64,000 nt of DNA, taken from Squalus acanthias. Its lineage: Eukaryota. Of this stretch, positions 22,206 through 35,774 are shown piece after piece; positions within the stretch are counted from its first letter, which is position 1; each line of letters opens with the position of its first letter. Position numbers and translations under genes: made by a program. The notes beneath the pieces are model-generated. The model was not told the DNA's origin. It saw only the letters and a program-made list of their open reading frames with translations, and did no database searches. The stretch spans positions 91,824,001 to 91,888,000 of the forward strand of contig CM059432.1 of assembly GCA_030390025.1 (NCBI GenBank), read 5' to 3'.

Positions 22206-23917
22206 TACAGAACTAAGCTGAATACAAAAAGTACAGGGGAGAACTGAAAAAGGAAATGAGGGACAAAAAGAATGTATGAGAATAGGTTAGCAGATAACAT
22301 AAAAAGGAACCCCCAAAGTCTTTTATAAACATATAAATAGTAAAATGGTAGTCAAAGGAAGGACGGGACCAAAAAGAAAATCTTATGGAGCCAGAGGGCA
22401 TGACTGAGGTATTAAATGAATACTTTGCATCTGTCTTCACTAAAGAAGAGGATGCTGCCAATGTCACAGTAAAGGAGGAGGTAGTAGAGAAATTGGATAG
22501 GATAAAAATAAAGAGGGGGTACTTAAAATGTTGCCAGTGCTCAAAGTAGAAAAGTCACCTGATCCAGATGAGATGCATCCTAGATTGCTGAGGGAAGTAA
22601 GGGTAGAAATTGCAGAGGCTCTGGCCATAGTCTTACAATTCTCCTTCGATATGGGTGTGGTGCCATGGGACTGGAGGATTGCAAATGTTACTCTGCTCAA
22701 AAAAGAGGAGAGGGATAAACTCGGCAATTACAGGCAAATCAGCCTAACGTCGGTGGTGGAGAAACGTTGAGACATTAATCTGGGACAAACTGATTTGGCA
22801 CTTGGAAAAATACGGTTTAACAAATGAAAGCCAGAACACATTTGTTAAAGGCAACTTGTGTTTGACTAACTTGATTGAGTTCTTTGATGAAGTAATGGAT
22901 GAGGATAGTGTGGTTGATGTGTGTGTGTATTTTTAAAAGGCATTTGATAAAGTATCACATAGGCTTGTTAGCAAAATTGACACCCATGGAATTAAAGGGC
23001 CAGGGGTTTTGTGGATACAAAAATGGCTAAAGGATAGAAAGCAGAGAGTAGTGGTAATGGTTGTCTTTCAGACTTGAGAGAAATGTCCCCCAGGGGTCAG
23101 TGTTGGGGCTAGGAGGACATGGACGTAGACTGGTGAAATGGGCAGACACATGGCAGATGAAATTTAATGCAGAGAAGTATGAGGCGATTCATTTTGGTAG
23201 GAGTGAGGTAAGGCAATATAAACTGAATGGTACAATTTTAAAGGGGGTGCAGGAACAGAGACCTGGGAGTGTATGTACACAAATCTTTGAAGGTGGCAGG
23301 ACAAGTTGAGATGGCTGTTAAAAAGGCATATGGGATCCTTGGCTTTATAAATAGAGGCATAAGAGTACAAAAGCACAGAATTTATGCTAAACCTTTATAA
23401 AGCATTGGTTGGGCCCCAGCTGGTGTATTGGGGCCAGTTCTGGGCACCACATTTTAGATAGGATGTCAAGGCCTTAGAGAATGTGCACAGGAGATTTACA
23501 AGAGTTGTTCTCCTTAGAGCAGAGAAAGTTAAAGAAAGATTTGATCATGGTGTTCAAAATCTTGAAGGGTTTTGATTGAGTAAATAAGGTGAAAGTGTTT
23601 CTAATAGCAGAAAGATCAGTAACCAGTGGACACAGATTTAAGATATTTGGCAGAACCCAAGGCGACACGAGGAAAAACATTTTTATGCAGCGAGTTATGA
23701 TGATCTGGAATGCACTACCTGAAAGGGTGGTGGAATAAGATTCAATAATAACTTTCAAAAGGGAATTGGATAAATACTTGAAAAGGAAAAATTTGCTGAG
23801 CTATGGGCGGAAAAGAGCAGGGTTGTGGGACAAATTGGATAGCTCTTTCAAAGAGCCGGCACAGGCACGATGGGCCAAATGGTCTCCCGTGCTGTATCAT
23901 TCTACGATTCTATGATT
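22206..23917 (+). mobile_element. 5'-truncated CR1 LINE ending about 40 bp upstream of a ZC2HC1A exon
   Basis: KSPDPDEMHPRLLRE...NYRQISLTSVV and other RT relics; 3' tail gtgctgtatcattctacgattctatgat. Confidence 0.9.
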
Positions 23918-23959
23918 TGTGAATAACTAATTCTTTGCCATGTCTTTATCAATATATAG

Positions 23960-24047
23960 TACAAGTCTCCAGTGCTTAAGAAGACTAACTCACCTGGTGC
24001 ATTGACACGGATTCCCCAGCCTTCTGTTGGTGGCAAAAGTGTAGCTG
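23960..24047 (+). CDS. ZC2HC1A: ZC2HC1A internal coding exon (phase 0 to 1), YKSPVLKKTNSPGALTRIPQPSVGGKSVA
   Basis: Acceptor aatatatag|TAC, donor CTG|gtatgt, 88 nt. Matches recalled YKPPALKKSNSPG...RLPQPSGAGKTVV; phase compatible. Confidence 0.92.
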
Positions 24048-25294
24048 GTATGTGGATTTCTTTTTTCATTTTATTTAAACAGATACTTCTGCTTTATTTT
24101 AGTACAGGGTACAGAGTTCCAACTCTTCTGAATGATACTGGAGGGGGTGGGGGTGGTCCGTAAGCCTTAGCTGTTGCCAATTCATGTCTAAGGTCTCTGG
24201 GCTTGGGTAAGTGTTGTTTCGACATGGGACATACAGAAACTTTGCCTGTGTGAATAACGTGATTGAAGTCAAGTAACTTAGCAGAGACTGGGATCATATA
24301 TGGGACCTTTCTGGTTTCAACCAGCAAAACTTACTGTGAAAGAAAAAACAAGTCATGAAAGTTTCGAGATGAAAACGTGCTTTTGCTTTCATAAAATACA
24401 ACTTTTTTTATAGTTCAAAATGACACCAGTATCTTGTGAAAATCATAACCAGTTTGTCACTTACTGTAATTTTCAAATGGGTTATTTTATTTTTTCTGCC
24501 CATTACATCTTTGTAAACTGCTTGTGTCTGATATATAAATTATGTTCCTTGAATTCTACGCTTTGAGCATCCATTTTGCTTCTGAACCCCATGTGGCATC
24601 AAATTCCCATCAACAATGAATCGTCCATTGTTTTATGTATACCTTCTTTGTAATGTTTAATAGTCATTGATAATAGTTATGTTTAGTCTATTAGCTGTCC
24701 TCTTCATACAAACCTTGCTGACTGGGCATTGTAGCCAATGTACCGAACTGGAGATACCTGTATAGAGATTTTAAATAATGCTCTGGTGTTCTTTGAAATT
24801 AGTTAGAAACTAGTAATACTTACAAAATCATAAGCATTTATAGAAAATACTGTAATTGTACACTTGGGTTAATGTGGCAAATGATATTCTACTGTGTCAT
24901 TGTTGTATACTAATCATAGAAATGATATTTCAGTGATTTAGCTGTCTGTCTTCAATCTACAAACATCCAGTCTTGTACATGTTCTGAAAACAGTTTTATT
25001 TGTGTGGTCAGTTTCTATTAATGGCACTGGAATTCTGGGAATTATTATATCCTTTTCAGCTAAACTATATATAGGTTTCATGTCAAAGATTGAAAGTTAT
25101 ATCAGTTCCCTAATGGACATCTTGAAATGTTCTACATGGATTATGAAAATGTCATCTTCAGTCTGATCTTGTACTAGGATAGGGAAAAACATTGTGGTAC
25201 TTCAGTGTAAGTCATTCATCAAAAGCACTGAACTTGATTAAAACTGTAACAATTTAACAAAGAAAAATTAAATGTTTCAATGTTTTGTTGACAG

Positions 25295-25418
25295 GCTTTT
25301 CTCCCACCAAAGGTAACCTATTGCCAACCAATGAAAATAAACTTCGGGATGGGTCACCGACAAAACGGAGTTCATCTGGTGTTGGTAATGTGTCTGGAGT
25401 AGTAAGCCAACCAACTGG
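25295..25418 (+). CDS. ZC2HC1A: ZC2HC1A internal coding exon (phase 1 to 2), GFSPTKGNLLPTNENKLRDGSPTKRSSSGVGNVSGVVSQPTG
   Basis: Acceptor tgttttgttgacag|GC, donor TGG|gtgagg, 124 nt open in the frame imposed by the previous exon. S/G/P-rich with an NKL..SP motif resembling the mammalian segment. Confidence 0.8.
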
Positions 25419-25816
25419 GTGAGGATGAATAGAGATTTTTATATATATATGAATATAGAATAGCCTTTAATTTAAGTTTGCTGATTTATTTTAAATTGAT
25501 AGCCGACCTGGGCATTTAAATATTCCAGAAATTTAAATCAAATGGGGTGGAATATTGGGCTACAACACTGCCCTTTTGCTCCTTGAATGTAAGTTTGAAT
25601 TGGGCAGGGCTTAATGAGATGAAAGCTATCTCTCTCTGCCAAGTATAGGGTTCTTAAGTGAGTTTGGACAGATGCAGCCTAATTTCCAGTTGACATGGGT
25701 CCTCGGCACAGCAATGCTCATAATTCTGTACTGATTTGGTAGTTTTAGTCAGGCCATCAGGACTACTAGTGTTTAAAATGGAAATGCCACTTTGGTGCAG
25801 TAAATGAGGTTGGGAC

Positions 25817-25948
25817 CAACGTTCCTACTAAGCTGCGCATCGGTCTAGAGGTCCTGCGCAGGCCGCTCACCAGCTATACAATGGAAATAACCACTCATGC
25901 GCGAAAAATTGAATGGGCCGCGCACCAAAAAAATTACAGGGAACATTG
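25817..25948. mobile_element. hAT-type MITE (132 bp)
   Basis: TIRs CAACGTTCC and GGAACATTG; perfect 8-bp TSD GTTGGGAC (25809-25816, 25949-25956). Confidence 0.85.
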
Positions 25949-28900
25949 GTTGGGACCCAGCAAGACAACTTATCAGTCGCTATCGATTTATGTTGATATT
26001 GAGTAAAAAATAAACTTGCACTTTCCTCTCCTTGATGAGCACAAAATGACATTTTCTGTCCCAGATTTTTCCTTTTAATAATTTGTCTCATGCTTTCCTC
26101 TGGTAAGTTGCTTTCCTAGAGTTCTGTCTCGGGCTAGTTGCTAACGTACAAAAATGGTTAATTTACATAATTTCTCTGCATTTGTCTATGAATTCTGATT
26201 AGTTCTACATTTGTGAAATTGCTCAAATTTTCCATAAGTTGTGAAAGAAATTTGTAATCTTTTCCAGCAGAATTAACTGTGTAAATATGTTGCAGAACAG
26301 TTGCTGAACTCTTGAGAAGTAAAAGGAAATTTCTTTGATCTATTTAAATATTTCCATTAGATAAAAATTGATATTTAAAGACTCAGCTAATTGTTTGTCG
26401 ATGGTAGTTGTGTTTGATTTGGAAAAACAATATTTTTCTCAGTCTTAAAATCAAAATGTTAATTTTATCTATCCAGGTGGTTACATTTACCATGAATATT
26501 ACATTTACCATGAATATTGCCATAAACTTTTTTGAAAGTCCATATTAATCGTATCCACTGCATTTTCTTTATTGTCTCTCTTATTTCTACAAAGAATTTT
26601 CTAAAGTTGGTCAAGCATGACCTGTCTCGTTTTGCCACGGGTCTGCAATTGTACGATTGCACTAGCCCATTTATCGTTGCTGCTGGTCATGACGGATGTA
26701 TATATTGTCTCCGTTGGTGTTTTTCTCCACACAAGCCATGTAGATTAATCCTACTCTACTCATTCCCCATGTATCCTTTAATAGTCTCTTTTTCGAGCAA
26801 CTATATAGTTCCCTTTTAAACATAATTCTAGACTCTGCTTCAACAATAGTTGCGGCAGAGAATTACACATTCTACCACCCTCTCTAATTATTTTTCCTAA
26901 TCTTCCCTTTAATTCTTTTTGTCTTATCTTAAATTGGTGCCCTTTCTAACTATTTTGCCAACTACCATGTTTCTGCTCAAGTGAGCATGTTGGCTTGGAG
27001 GTTAAATGGCGTCTCCTTTTCTTGGATATACAAGGTTTTGTACATGTTACTATAATTTTACCCCTCATCCCCAGATGCTGTAGAAGGTCTCAGCAGAATG
27101 AGTAAAAAATTATCCTGGTGACCTTTTACTGGCTGTACAAATCGCGGTCCTCAGATTTCAGAGCATTGAGCGATGCCCACAGTGGAGGTTTCTTCTCAAC
27201 TCTAGGCTATATCTTATACTCACATCCAGGGAGGTTCCAGTGATGTCTTGGCCGTTGAGAGGGATGGTTGTTGGATTGAGGCCTACCCTTTTTGGTAGTT
27301 GACACAGTACTTCAGGTAAGTCTCTGTTATTGGAGCCTAGAATGCCAAATGGGAACAGTTCAATTGATTAACCCCATCTCATGTCATGTAATCAATCTCA
27401 TTTGTCTCACCAAGGGTTAAAGCCCAGTTCCATTTTTGAACGTGTGTGTATCACAGAATTTTTTTTTAAATTGCCCCATCTGAACCTCTCAATGTGTAAT
27501 CTTAGGTTTCTGTTATGGAATATTGTGTTGTTAGGCACCTTAATTTCAGCTTGCAGGGTTAGCTTTAGTTACTTATTTGCCTTATTTGATTTAAGACTCT
27601 GATTTAGCGGTTCTTGGACATGCCATGGTTTTCTGCCTAAAATATATTTTCTCAATTTAATTTAGGACAAAATACTGTATTTTCCTCCCTATCTGACTGC
27701 AATCAAATCAAATTAGAACATAAATATGCAATACCAACTCAAAGCTAGGCAGTTATTTGTTTCTTATGGTCCTCACACCCAGAACAAATTAGTGTCTTAA
27801 ATATCAGGTTGCAAAATTGATGGCAGAGTACCTTCTGCAATGTTCCTGTGTTTATGTATCCACTGTGTCCTCCAGGGTCAAAGGTCATTCTCCCAATTTA
27901 TGGGCATTACTAGGGAATCACAAAAACAGATCCTAATCAATAGCACATGCACACAGCTGCTAGCTACATGGAGTAATCCCCATTTGTTGTTGGGCCATCA
28001 TGCTTTTTCAGTAACGTGTTTAACAATTTCCCATACAGTTCACAAGTATTTATAACATATGGAGAAAATGCACAGTATATTTATACCCGCGGTACTGCAT
28101 GCAATAGATTCCTGCCGTGTTGCTCTGTGTATTGTCTCTGGAAAAGGTTTGGTAAAGGAGACCTAATTTAAAGACTTTTTTAGGTTTGTGATTCTGATAT
28201 TGTTTGATTGATGCTGCAGAGAGGTATTCAAACTCAAAGAATAACATCATTCTAAGTTATGCACAAGGTTGTGAATTGTAACTCCTAGAAAACTCAAAAA
28301 TCAGAAGATTATTGTCTAGATTTGGCAACAATGATATGTCTTTGGTAGAATGCCCTTCTGACTGGGGTTTCTGTCCTCCTACAAGAACCTCCGAACCTCC
28401 CTCCTACTTAATTTTTTTCCCTCGTTCATGGGATCTGGGCGTCGCTGGCAAGGCCCGCATTTATTGTGCTACCTGGCCAGTTTCCTGTATTGTCTATAGA
28501 GGATACTGAATGAAGATGAAAAATAGATTATATGCTTTGTCCAGCTGTCTTCATTCTTTAAATAGTACAAGTTGATCTCCCATGGTTTCCACGCAGTTAG
28601 TCAAGACCAGTTTGAATTTTTCAATCAAGCAGAGTTAGAGGCTGGTGATACAAACAGAAAATGCTGCAAACACTCAGGTCAGGCAGCATCTGTGGAGAGC
28701 GAAACAGTGTTAACCTTTCACTGTAAACTGGGATTGAAGCTGGGTGCGGGTAGCCTGAGAGGGGGGAAAACTGCAGCCAGTGAGGGGGAGGGATTGGAAC
28801 GGGCAGCCAGCGAAGGTGGGAGTGGAGGGCCAAAATCTTGGTCCACATGGTGGGATGGATCTTGCTCATGGAGGTGGGGCAGTTGAAAGCTGAAATCTTG

Positions 28901-29829
28901 CTCAATGGTGGGGGGAGGGGAAGGTGGGGACGACGACATGATAACCTAACACACTGAAGGTAGTGCTTAGTTTGCTTTTACTTGCCGAACATCAAGTAAT
29001 GTTAGGTCACATTACATTGTAATCATTTGTAACATTACACTTGCAGCAATATCATTTGAATCTTGAGACCACTCACCTTTATTAATGTATTGTAAATATA
29101 TTGTCTATCCACTGTTCTCCCTCCTGGCCATCCCCTCAGACATATCTGGGAGTTCATGTTTTGGGGTTTCAGGATTTTGATTCTTAGCTTAGATTAATCG
29201 TATGCCAAAACAAGCTGCTGTTACATTGCATGAGCAGGGATTTTTTTATACAAACCAGAAGTGAAATGTCATGCAGTGAAGTCTCTGACATCAAAAAGTA
29301 ATTAACAGAGCCAGCCTACCAATGGGTTTGCCCAGAACAAATCCAGGTCCATATTAACACTTGTGGTTTGCGGAAGATGCATATCATTGAAGAATTAAGA
29401 AAACTGCAAGGTAGATAACCTAATCTTAAGCCTTTTTTTAAACTTATACCTGAATATAACCAAGATCATGCTACTTGTGTAGTCTCATACTTTGCAATTG
29501 AAGTAGTAGTTTTGAAAATGTTTTACAGTTACTCTGTTTCGTGGAGTAATTTAAATTATTGCTGGAACAGCTCCACATATCCTAGCTAAACATCACAGAA
29601 CCGTGGACCAGCGAGGTGGTTGTAACAGGTGGAGTGATTGACCTGCTGACTCGTTAAACTGAGACTGTATGTTGTACCTGATTCTTGGGGCCAGGCCATC
29701 TATAGAAATAGAAAAGGAACTGATGTTGGAACACTGCCTGTCTAACACCCCTTCAAATATTACTTCCATGGCAGTATAGTGTACGTCATGCAGTTGCACT
29801 TAAGTGTATATCTGGATGTCTAGGCAGAG

Positions 29830-32587
29830 TAGAAAGAACATGAGCAGAATTTAATAAAGAATAGTCAGCACAGATTTCAAAAGGAAAGGTCATGCTTGAC
29901 CAACTTTATTGAATTCTTTGAAGAAGTAATACTAGACAAGGGTAATGCAGTATATGTAATATATTTGGATATTCAAAAGGCCTTCGATAAGGTACCGCAT
30001 AGTAGACTCATGACTAAGGTCAGAGCATGTGGAGTCAGATGACACGTAGCAGAATGGGGGGATATATGGGGAGGACTACGACAACATACAAGAAGACATT
30101 AATAAACTTGCAAAATGAGTGTGTAATTGGCAAATAGATAAGTGTGAGTTATATTTTGGTAAGAAGAATAAGGAGGCCACATACTGCTTGGAAAATAAGA
30201 GTCTAAATGGGGAAGAGGAGCAAAGGGATCTGGGGTACAGATACACAAATCGCTAAAGGTAGTGACGCAGGTTAATAAGGCCATCAAAAACAGCAAACAA
30301 AGCACTGGGGTTCATTTCTAGAGGGAGAGAATTGAAAATCAGAGAAGTTATGTCATCACTTTGGGTGGAGCTAAGAAACAACAAGGGGCAGAAAACACCG
30401 GTGGGAGTAATTTATAGGCCCCCCTAACAGTAGTTGTTGTGTCGGGCACAGTATAAATCAGGAAATTAGCGGTGCCTGTAACAAGGGTAATACAGTAATT
30501 ATGGGGAACTTTAACTTTCATATGGAATGGACAAACCAAATTAGCAGTAATAGTGCAGAGGACGAGTTCATGGAATGCCTTCAAGATAGTTTTCTAGATC
30601 AGTATGTCGAGGAACCAACTAGGGAACAGGCTATTTTAGATCTAGTATTGTGCAATGAGACGAGGTTAATTAGTAACCTTGTAGTAAAGGAGCTCTGGGG
30701 AAGGGTGATCATAATATGATAGAATTTTATATTGAGTTTGAGAGTGATTTAGTTAAGTCCGAAACTAGGGTCTTAAATCTGAACAAAGCAAACTATGTAG
30801 GCAAGTTGGCTACGGTAGCTTGGAAAACTATATTAAAAGGTATGACGTTAGATAAGCAATGGCTAGCATTTAAAGAAACAATTCATAATTTACAACAAAT
30901 ATACATTCCCTTAAAGAATAAAAATCCCACAGGAAAATTGGTCCAACGTGGCTAACGAGAAGTTAAAGACAGTATTGGATTTAAGGAAGAGGTTTATAAT
31001 GTTGCCAAAAAGAGCAGTAAGCCTGAGGATTAGGGGGATTTTAGAATTCAGCAAAGGAGGACCAAGAAATTGATAAAGAGAATGAGAGTAAACTAGCATG
31101 AGACATAAAAACAAATTGTAAAAGCTTCTATAACTGTGTAAAAAGGAAGAGATTAGTGAAAGTAAAAGGTAGAGGCAGAGACGGGGGAAATTATAATGGG
31201 GAATAAGGAAATGGCAGAGAGACACAAAAAACATTCTGGAAATATTGGGGAACCAAGGGCCTAGTGAGAATGAGGAACTTAAAGAAATTAGTATTAGTAA
31301 AGAAATAGTACTGGAGAAATTAATGGGACTAAAAGCAGACAAATCCTCTGGACCTGATGGCCGACATCCTAGGGTTTAAAAAGTAGTGGCTACAGAGATA
31401 GTGGATGCATTGGTTTTGATCTTCCAGAATTTCCTAGATTCTAGAACTTTCCCAACAGATTGAAAGGTAGCAAATGTAACACCGCTATTCAAGAAAGGAG
31501 GGAGAGAAAACAGGGAACTTTCGACCAGTTAGTCTGGCATCAGTAGTAGGGAAAATGCTAGAATCTATTATTAGGGACGTGGTAACAGGGCAGTTAGAAA
31601 ATCATAATATGATTGGGTAGAGCCCACACAGACTTATGAAAGGGAAATAGTGTTTGACAAATTTAATACAGTTTTTTGACATTGTAACTAGCAGGGTAGG
31701 TAAGGAGGAACCAGTGGATGTGGTGTTTTTGGATTTTCAAAAAGCATTTGATAAGGTGCCACACGAAATTATTACACAAAATTAGGGCTCATGGGATTGG
31801 GGGTAATATATTAGCATGGATTGAGGATTGGTTGACGGACAGAAAACAGAGAGTAGGAATAAACGGGTCATTTTCGGGTTGACAGGCTTTAATTAGTGGG
31901 GTATCGCAAGGATCAGTGCTTGGGCCTCAGCTATTTAAAATCTATATTAATGACTTGGATGAGGGAACCAAGTGTAATGTATCCAGGTTTGCTGACAATA
32001 CAAACTAGGTGGGAAAGTAAGTTGTGAGGAGGATGCAAAGAGGCTGCAAAGGGATATAGATAGGTTAAGAACATGGCAGATGGAATGAAATGTGGAGAAA
32101 TGTGAAGTTATCCACTTTGGTAAGAAAAATAGAAAAGCAGAATATTTTTAAATGGTGAGAAACTATTAAATATTGGCGTTCAGAGAGATTTAGGTGTCCT
32201 CTTACAGGAAACACAGTTAGCATGCAGGTACAGCAAGCAATTAGCATGTTGGCCTTTTCTTGCAAGGGGGTTGGAGTACAAGAGTAAGGAAATCTTGCTA
32301 CAATTATACAGGGCTTTGGTGAGACCACAGCTGGAGACTGCACAGTATTGGTCTTCCTTTTCAGGGGAAGGAACTACTTGCCTTAGAGGCGGTGCAACAA
32401 AGGCTCACTAGTTTGATTCCTGGGATGAGAGAGTTGGCCTATGAGGAGAGATTGAGTAGATTGGGCCTATACTCTCTGGAGTTTAGAAGAATGAGAGGTG
32501 TGCTCATTGAAACATAAAAAATTCTGAGGAGGATTGACAGGGTAGATGCTGAGAGGTTGTTTCCCCTGGCTGGAGAGTCTAGAACTA
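29830..32587 (+). mobile_element. Two fused CR1 fragments (about 29830-30352 and 30353-32587)
   Basis: APE endonuclease relic (GNFNFHMEWTNQ...EPTREQAILDLVL) through RT and C-terminus, with many stops. Confidence 0.88.
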
Positions 32588-33592
32588 AATGTTTGCCACT
32601 GCTTATCTACCTTCATACCTTTTAATCTAATTTTCCAATCTACCTTAGCCAACTTGCTCCTCATACCTATGTAATTGGCTTTATTTAAGTTTAAGTCTCT
32701 AGTTTGGGACTGAAGTATTTCACTCTCAAACCCAATGTGAAATTCTATCATATTATGATCACTCTCCCCCAGAGGATCCTTTACTATGAGATTACTAATT
32801 AATCCTGTCTCATTACACAGTGCAAAATCTAAAATAGCCTGTTCCCTGGTTGGTTCCACAATGTATTGTTCTAGGAAGCTGTCTCAAATGGATTCCGTGA
32901 ACTCGTCCTCCAGACTACCTTTAACAATTTGATTTGTCTAGTCTATATGAAGATTGAAGTCCCCTACAATTGTTGCATTACCTTTGTTAGAAGCGCCTAT
33001 TATTTCTTGCTTAATACTCTGCTAGGGGGCCTATAAATTACTCCCACCAGTGTTTTCTGCCCCTTGTTATTTCTTTCTACTCGTATTGATTCTACTTCCT
33101 GATGTTCCGAGCCAAGATCCTTTCTCACTACTGTCCTTATGTCATCCTTTATTATCAGGGCTACCCCCTTCTTTTTAATCTGCCTGTCTTTTTGAAATGT
33201 CAAGTACCCTGGGATATTTAGTTCCCAACCTTGGTCACCTTGCAACCATTTCTCTGTAATGGCTGTTGGATCAAACCCATTTATCTCTGTGCCACTAATT
33301 CATCAATCTTGTTACGAATGCTTCGTGCAATCAAATAAAGAGCCTTTAATTTTAAATTTTTACCATTATTCCCTGCTTTCACCTTATTCGCTGAAGCACT
33401 TTTACCGTTAAACTCTCTGTCCCTTCCTGTCACACTCTGCTTATCTTTACCCAAATCACTACACTGCTCCATTGCCTTGACCTTTCCCTTTAGATTTCTA
33501 AATTTCCCCTCATCTGACCGCTCCACCCCCCCCCCCCTTTTTTAGCTTAAAGCCCCATCTATTGCACTAATTATTCAATTTGCCAGGACACT
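32588..33592 (-). mobile_element. CR1 fragment (ORF1 end plus endonuclease), inverted relative to the neighbouring copy
   Basis: ORFs LKALYLIARSIRNKIDEL, WELNIPGY...VGVIYRPP and EPTREQAILD...SDHN. Confidence 0.88.
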
Positions 33593-33619
33593 GCCTCCCC
33601 CCCCCCCGCCTTATACCAG

Positions 33620-34029
33620 TCTACTTGATATAAGATATTGGTAGATTGCCTTACTGTTGATTTCTCTAGGTCTGAAAACTTCTCTAATTTGGCGACAATG
33701 TCTCTGTCTCTGGTTGCTTGAGATCTTTCTGTCATTTCTTGCAGAAGCACCTCAGATATTGCATCTGTAAACTTAGGTGCTCTTCCTCAGTGCTGTTCTG
33801 TAATAAGAGTAAATATTTTAGAAAATATTAAAGTCACTTTCTTTTAAATAGCTTCTGCAGTGCTCTATATCTGCTCCCGAATCTGCTAACACTTTGTGAC
33901 TGGAGAATGCGGACTATGAACATCTAATTCGGGCTCACCTGCTTAGTCAGGGTCAGGTGCGCGCAGTTAGGATGTGCCCTTATTGCAATGTTCTAGCCCC
34001 GTGCATGGCCATTGTGGAAAGTCTACCTC
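33620..34029 (-). mobile_element. Harbinger left-end fragment with Myb-like N-terminus
   Basis: Minus strand of about 33720-33786 reads GRAPKFTDAISEVLLQEMTERS; terminal GAGGTAGACTTTCCAC resembles the TIR at 16676. Confidence 0.55.
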
Positions 34030-34159
34030 ATTAAGTCGTAAGTTGGGCAGATATATACACTTTATTTTTCACAATTATATGGCTGCTTCATATAAAAGCA
34101 TTCTTTATTAACTTAACCTCATACCAGTGCTCTCTTTCAATGGATTGTGATAGAGTAGT

Positions 34160-34450
34160 TACAGAGAAGCTATTTCCTCTGGTGGAGGAATCCAGAACAA
34201 GGGGGGCACAATCTTAAAATGTGAGCAAGGCCATTCAGGAGTGAAATCGGATGTGGAATTCTCTCTCCAAAAGGCTCTGGCTGCTGGGTCAATTTTCAAC
34301 ACAGATCGACAGATTTTTATTAGGTAAGAATATTGCGAGATATGGATCAAAGGCGGATAAGTGGAGCTGAGGTACATATCAGCCATGATATAATTCCATT
34401 GAAGCGGAACAAGCTTGAGGGGCTGATGGTCTACTCCTGTTCCTATACCT
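34160..34450 (+). mobile_element. CR1 3' end fragment
   Basis: agagaagctatttcctctggtggaggaatccagaacaagggggcaca... followed by CR1 3'UTR. Confidence 0.75.
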
Positions 34451-35774
34451 GTAACGTATATCATTGAAGGTGTGTAAGATTTGCAGTTATTGATAGTATA
34501 AATGGATAGAAAACAATTATTTACAAGGTACAAAAATAAATAAGGAAGGCACATAACCTGTACTTATTTGTGCAGGACTTGGAAAAGCCTATTCATGTTC
34601 AGCTTTAATTGCAGGAATAAACACAAACATGTACTGTGTATCATTCCATCCAAATAAATTATTTTGCATTAAACAATTTATAAATGATGTCAGCATCCTG
34701 TTCAATAAGGATTTTTCCTAAATAATCTTTACATTGCCTGTTAAATTGTTTGGCACACTGTTATGCTAACAGTACAGGGATCCAGTTTATTTACCGAATA
34801 TGGTTTAATTAGTATTCAAGTAATTATATACATAAAAAGGAAAGGTGCCTGGACGCCCACAAGCAGAAGGAAGAAGACGACGACTTGCATTTATATAGCG
34901 TCTTTCACGACCACCAGACGTCTCAAAGCGCTTTACAGCCAATTAAGTACTTTTGAAGTGGAGTCACTGTTGTAATGTGTTATAAGGAGGAGGAAATGGG
35001 AGTCCAGGGGCATTAGTAAGCAAGAAAAAGTATTGGGGATGGAAAAGGAATCAGTTGTGTGAATAAAAGCCCAAAAATCAGGTGAAAAACATGTCATTGG
35101 AACTGGGAGACAGAGCAGAAAAAATTGCTCTGAAGAGCCACTCTATAGCCACAGTATACAATTGCATTGTGACATCCACAAGAAAAATTGTGCAGGAAAT
35201 TTGGACATAGAAATTTATAATGGCAAAAGTTGATGCAAAAGTGCATCCAAAAAAGTGACAAGCGAACAGGAACTTGGGAAGTGCACTTCTGTCACCATCC
35301 TCGGTCACTCTTCATCTTAGTCAAAATACAGTATCCTTGCATTTATTCCAATCTATCCAAATGTCTTTAATTTACCTCTTGATTAGCTGATTCTAATATG
35401 TGATTGTCTTGCAGCCTTGATTTCCATTTTTACTACAGCTCCAGCAGACCAAGTAAGCTTAAAACAATCTAAAACAATTGAACAGTTGAAAGCTAGGTGT
35501 AAAGGAAGGAAGGTTTAAATTTCATAAACACTGATTTTTACAATTAGGGTAATTTACACCTACCTGTGCTTGTGTTGTTTTTTTTTTACAGAGCACAGCA
35601 ATTTTAAAAAGTGTGTTTCAGCTCCCCCTCTCCAAGAAAATATTAGTTCTGCTGTCCAATTTGTTAATTTACCTGCCAAATCAAACAAACTCAGGGTTCT
35701 GATCGACAGCCTGACCTGTAATTGACTCCAACATTACTTTCAAGAACACAGTCTTGCAGCATCATACACCTATT

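Noticed and set aside
26481..26520. 18-bp tandem duplication ttacatttaccatgaata x2 (similar 16-bp duplication at about 45695-45735)
   Set aside because: Two units only, with no spacer array: ordinary slippage, not CRISPR-like or functional.
35439..35452. 14-nt micro-exon-like sequence (tactacag|ctccagcagaccaa|gtaagc)
   Set aside because: Good splice motifs, but the length is not a multiple of 3 and would break the phase-2 chain; cannot be supported without transcripts.
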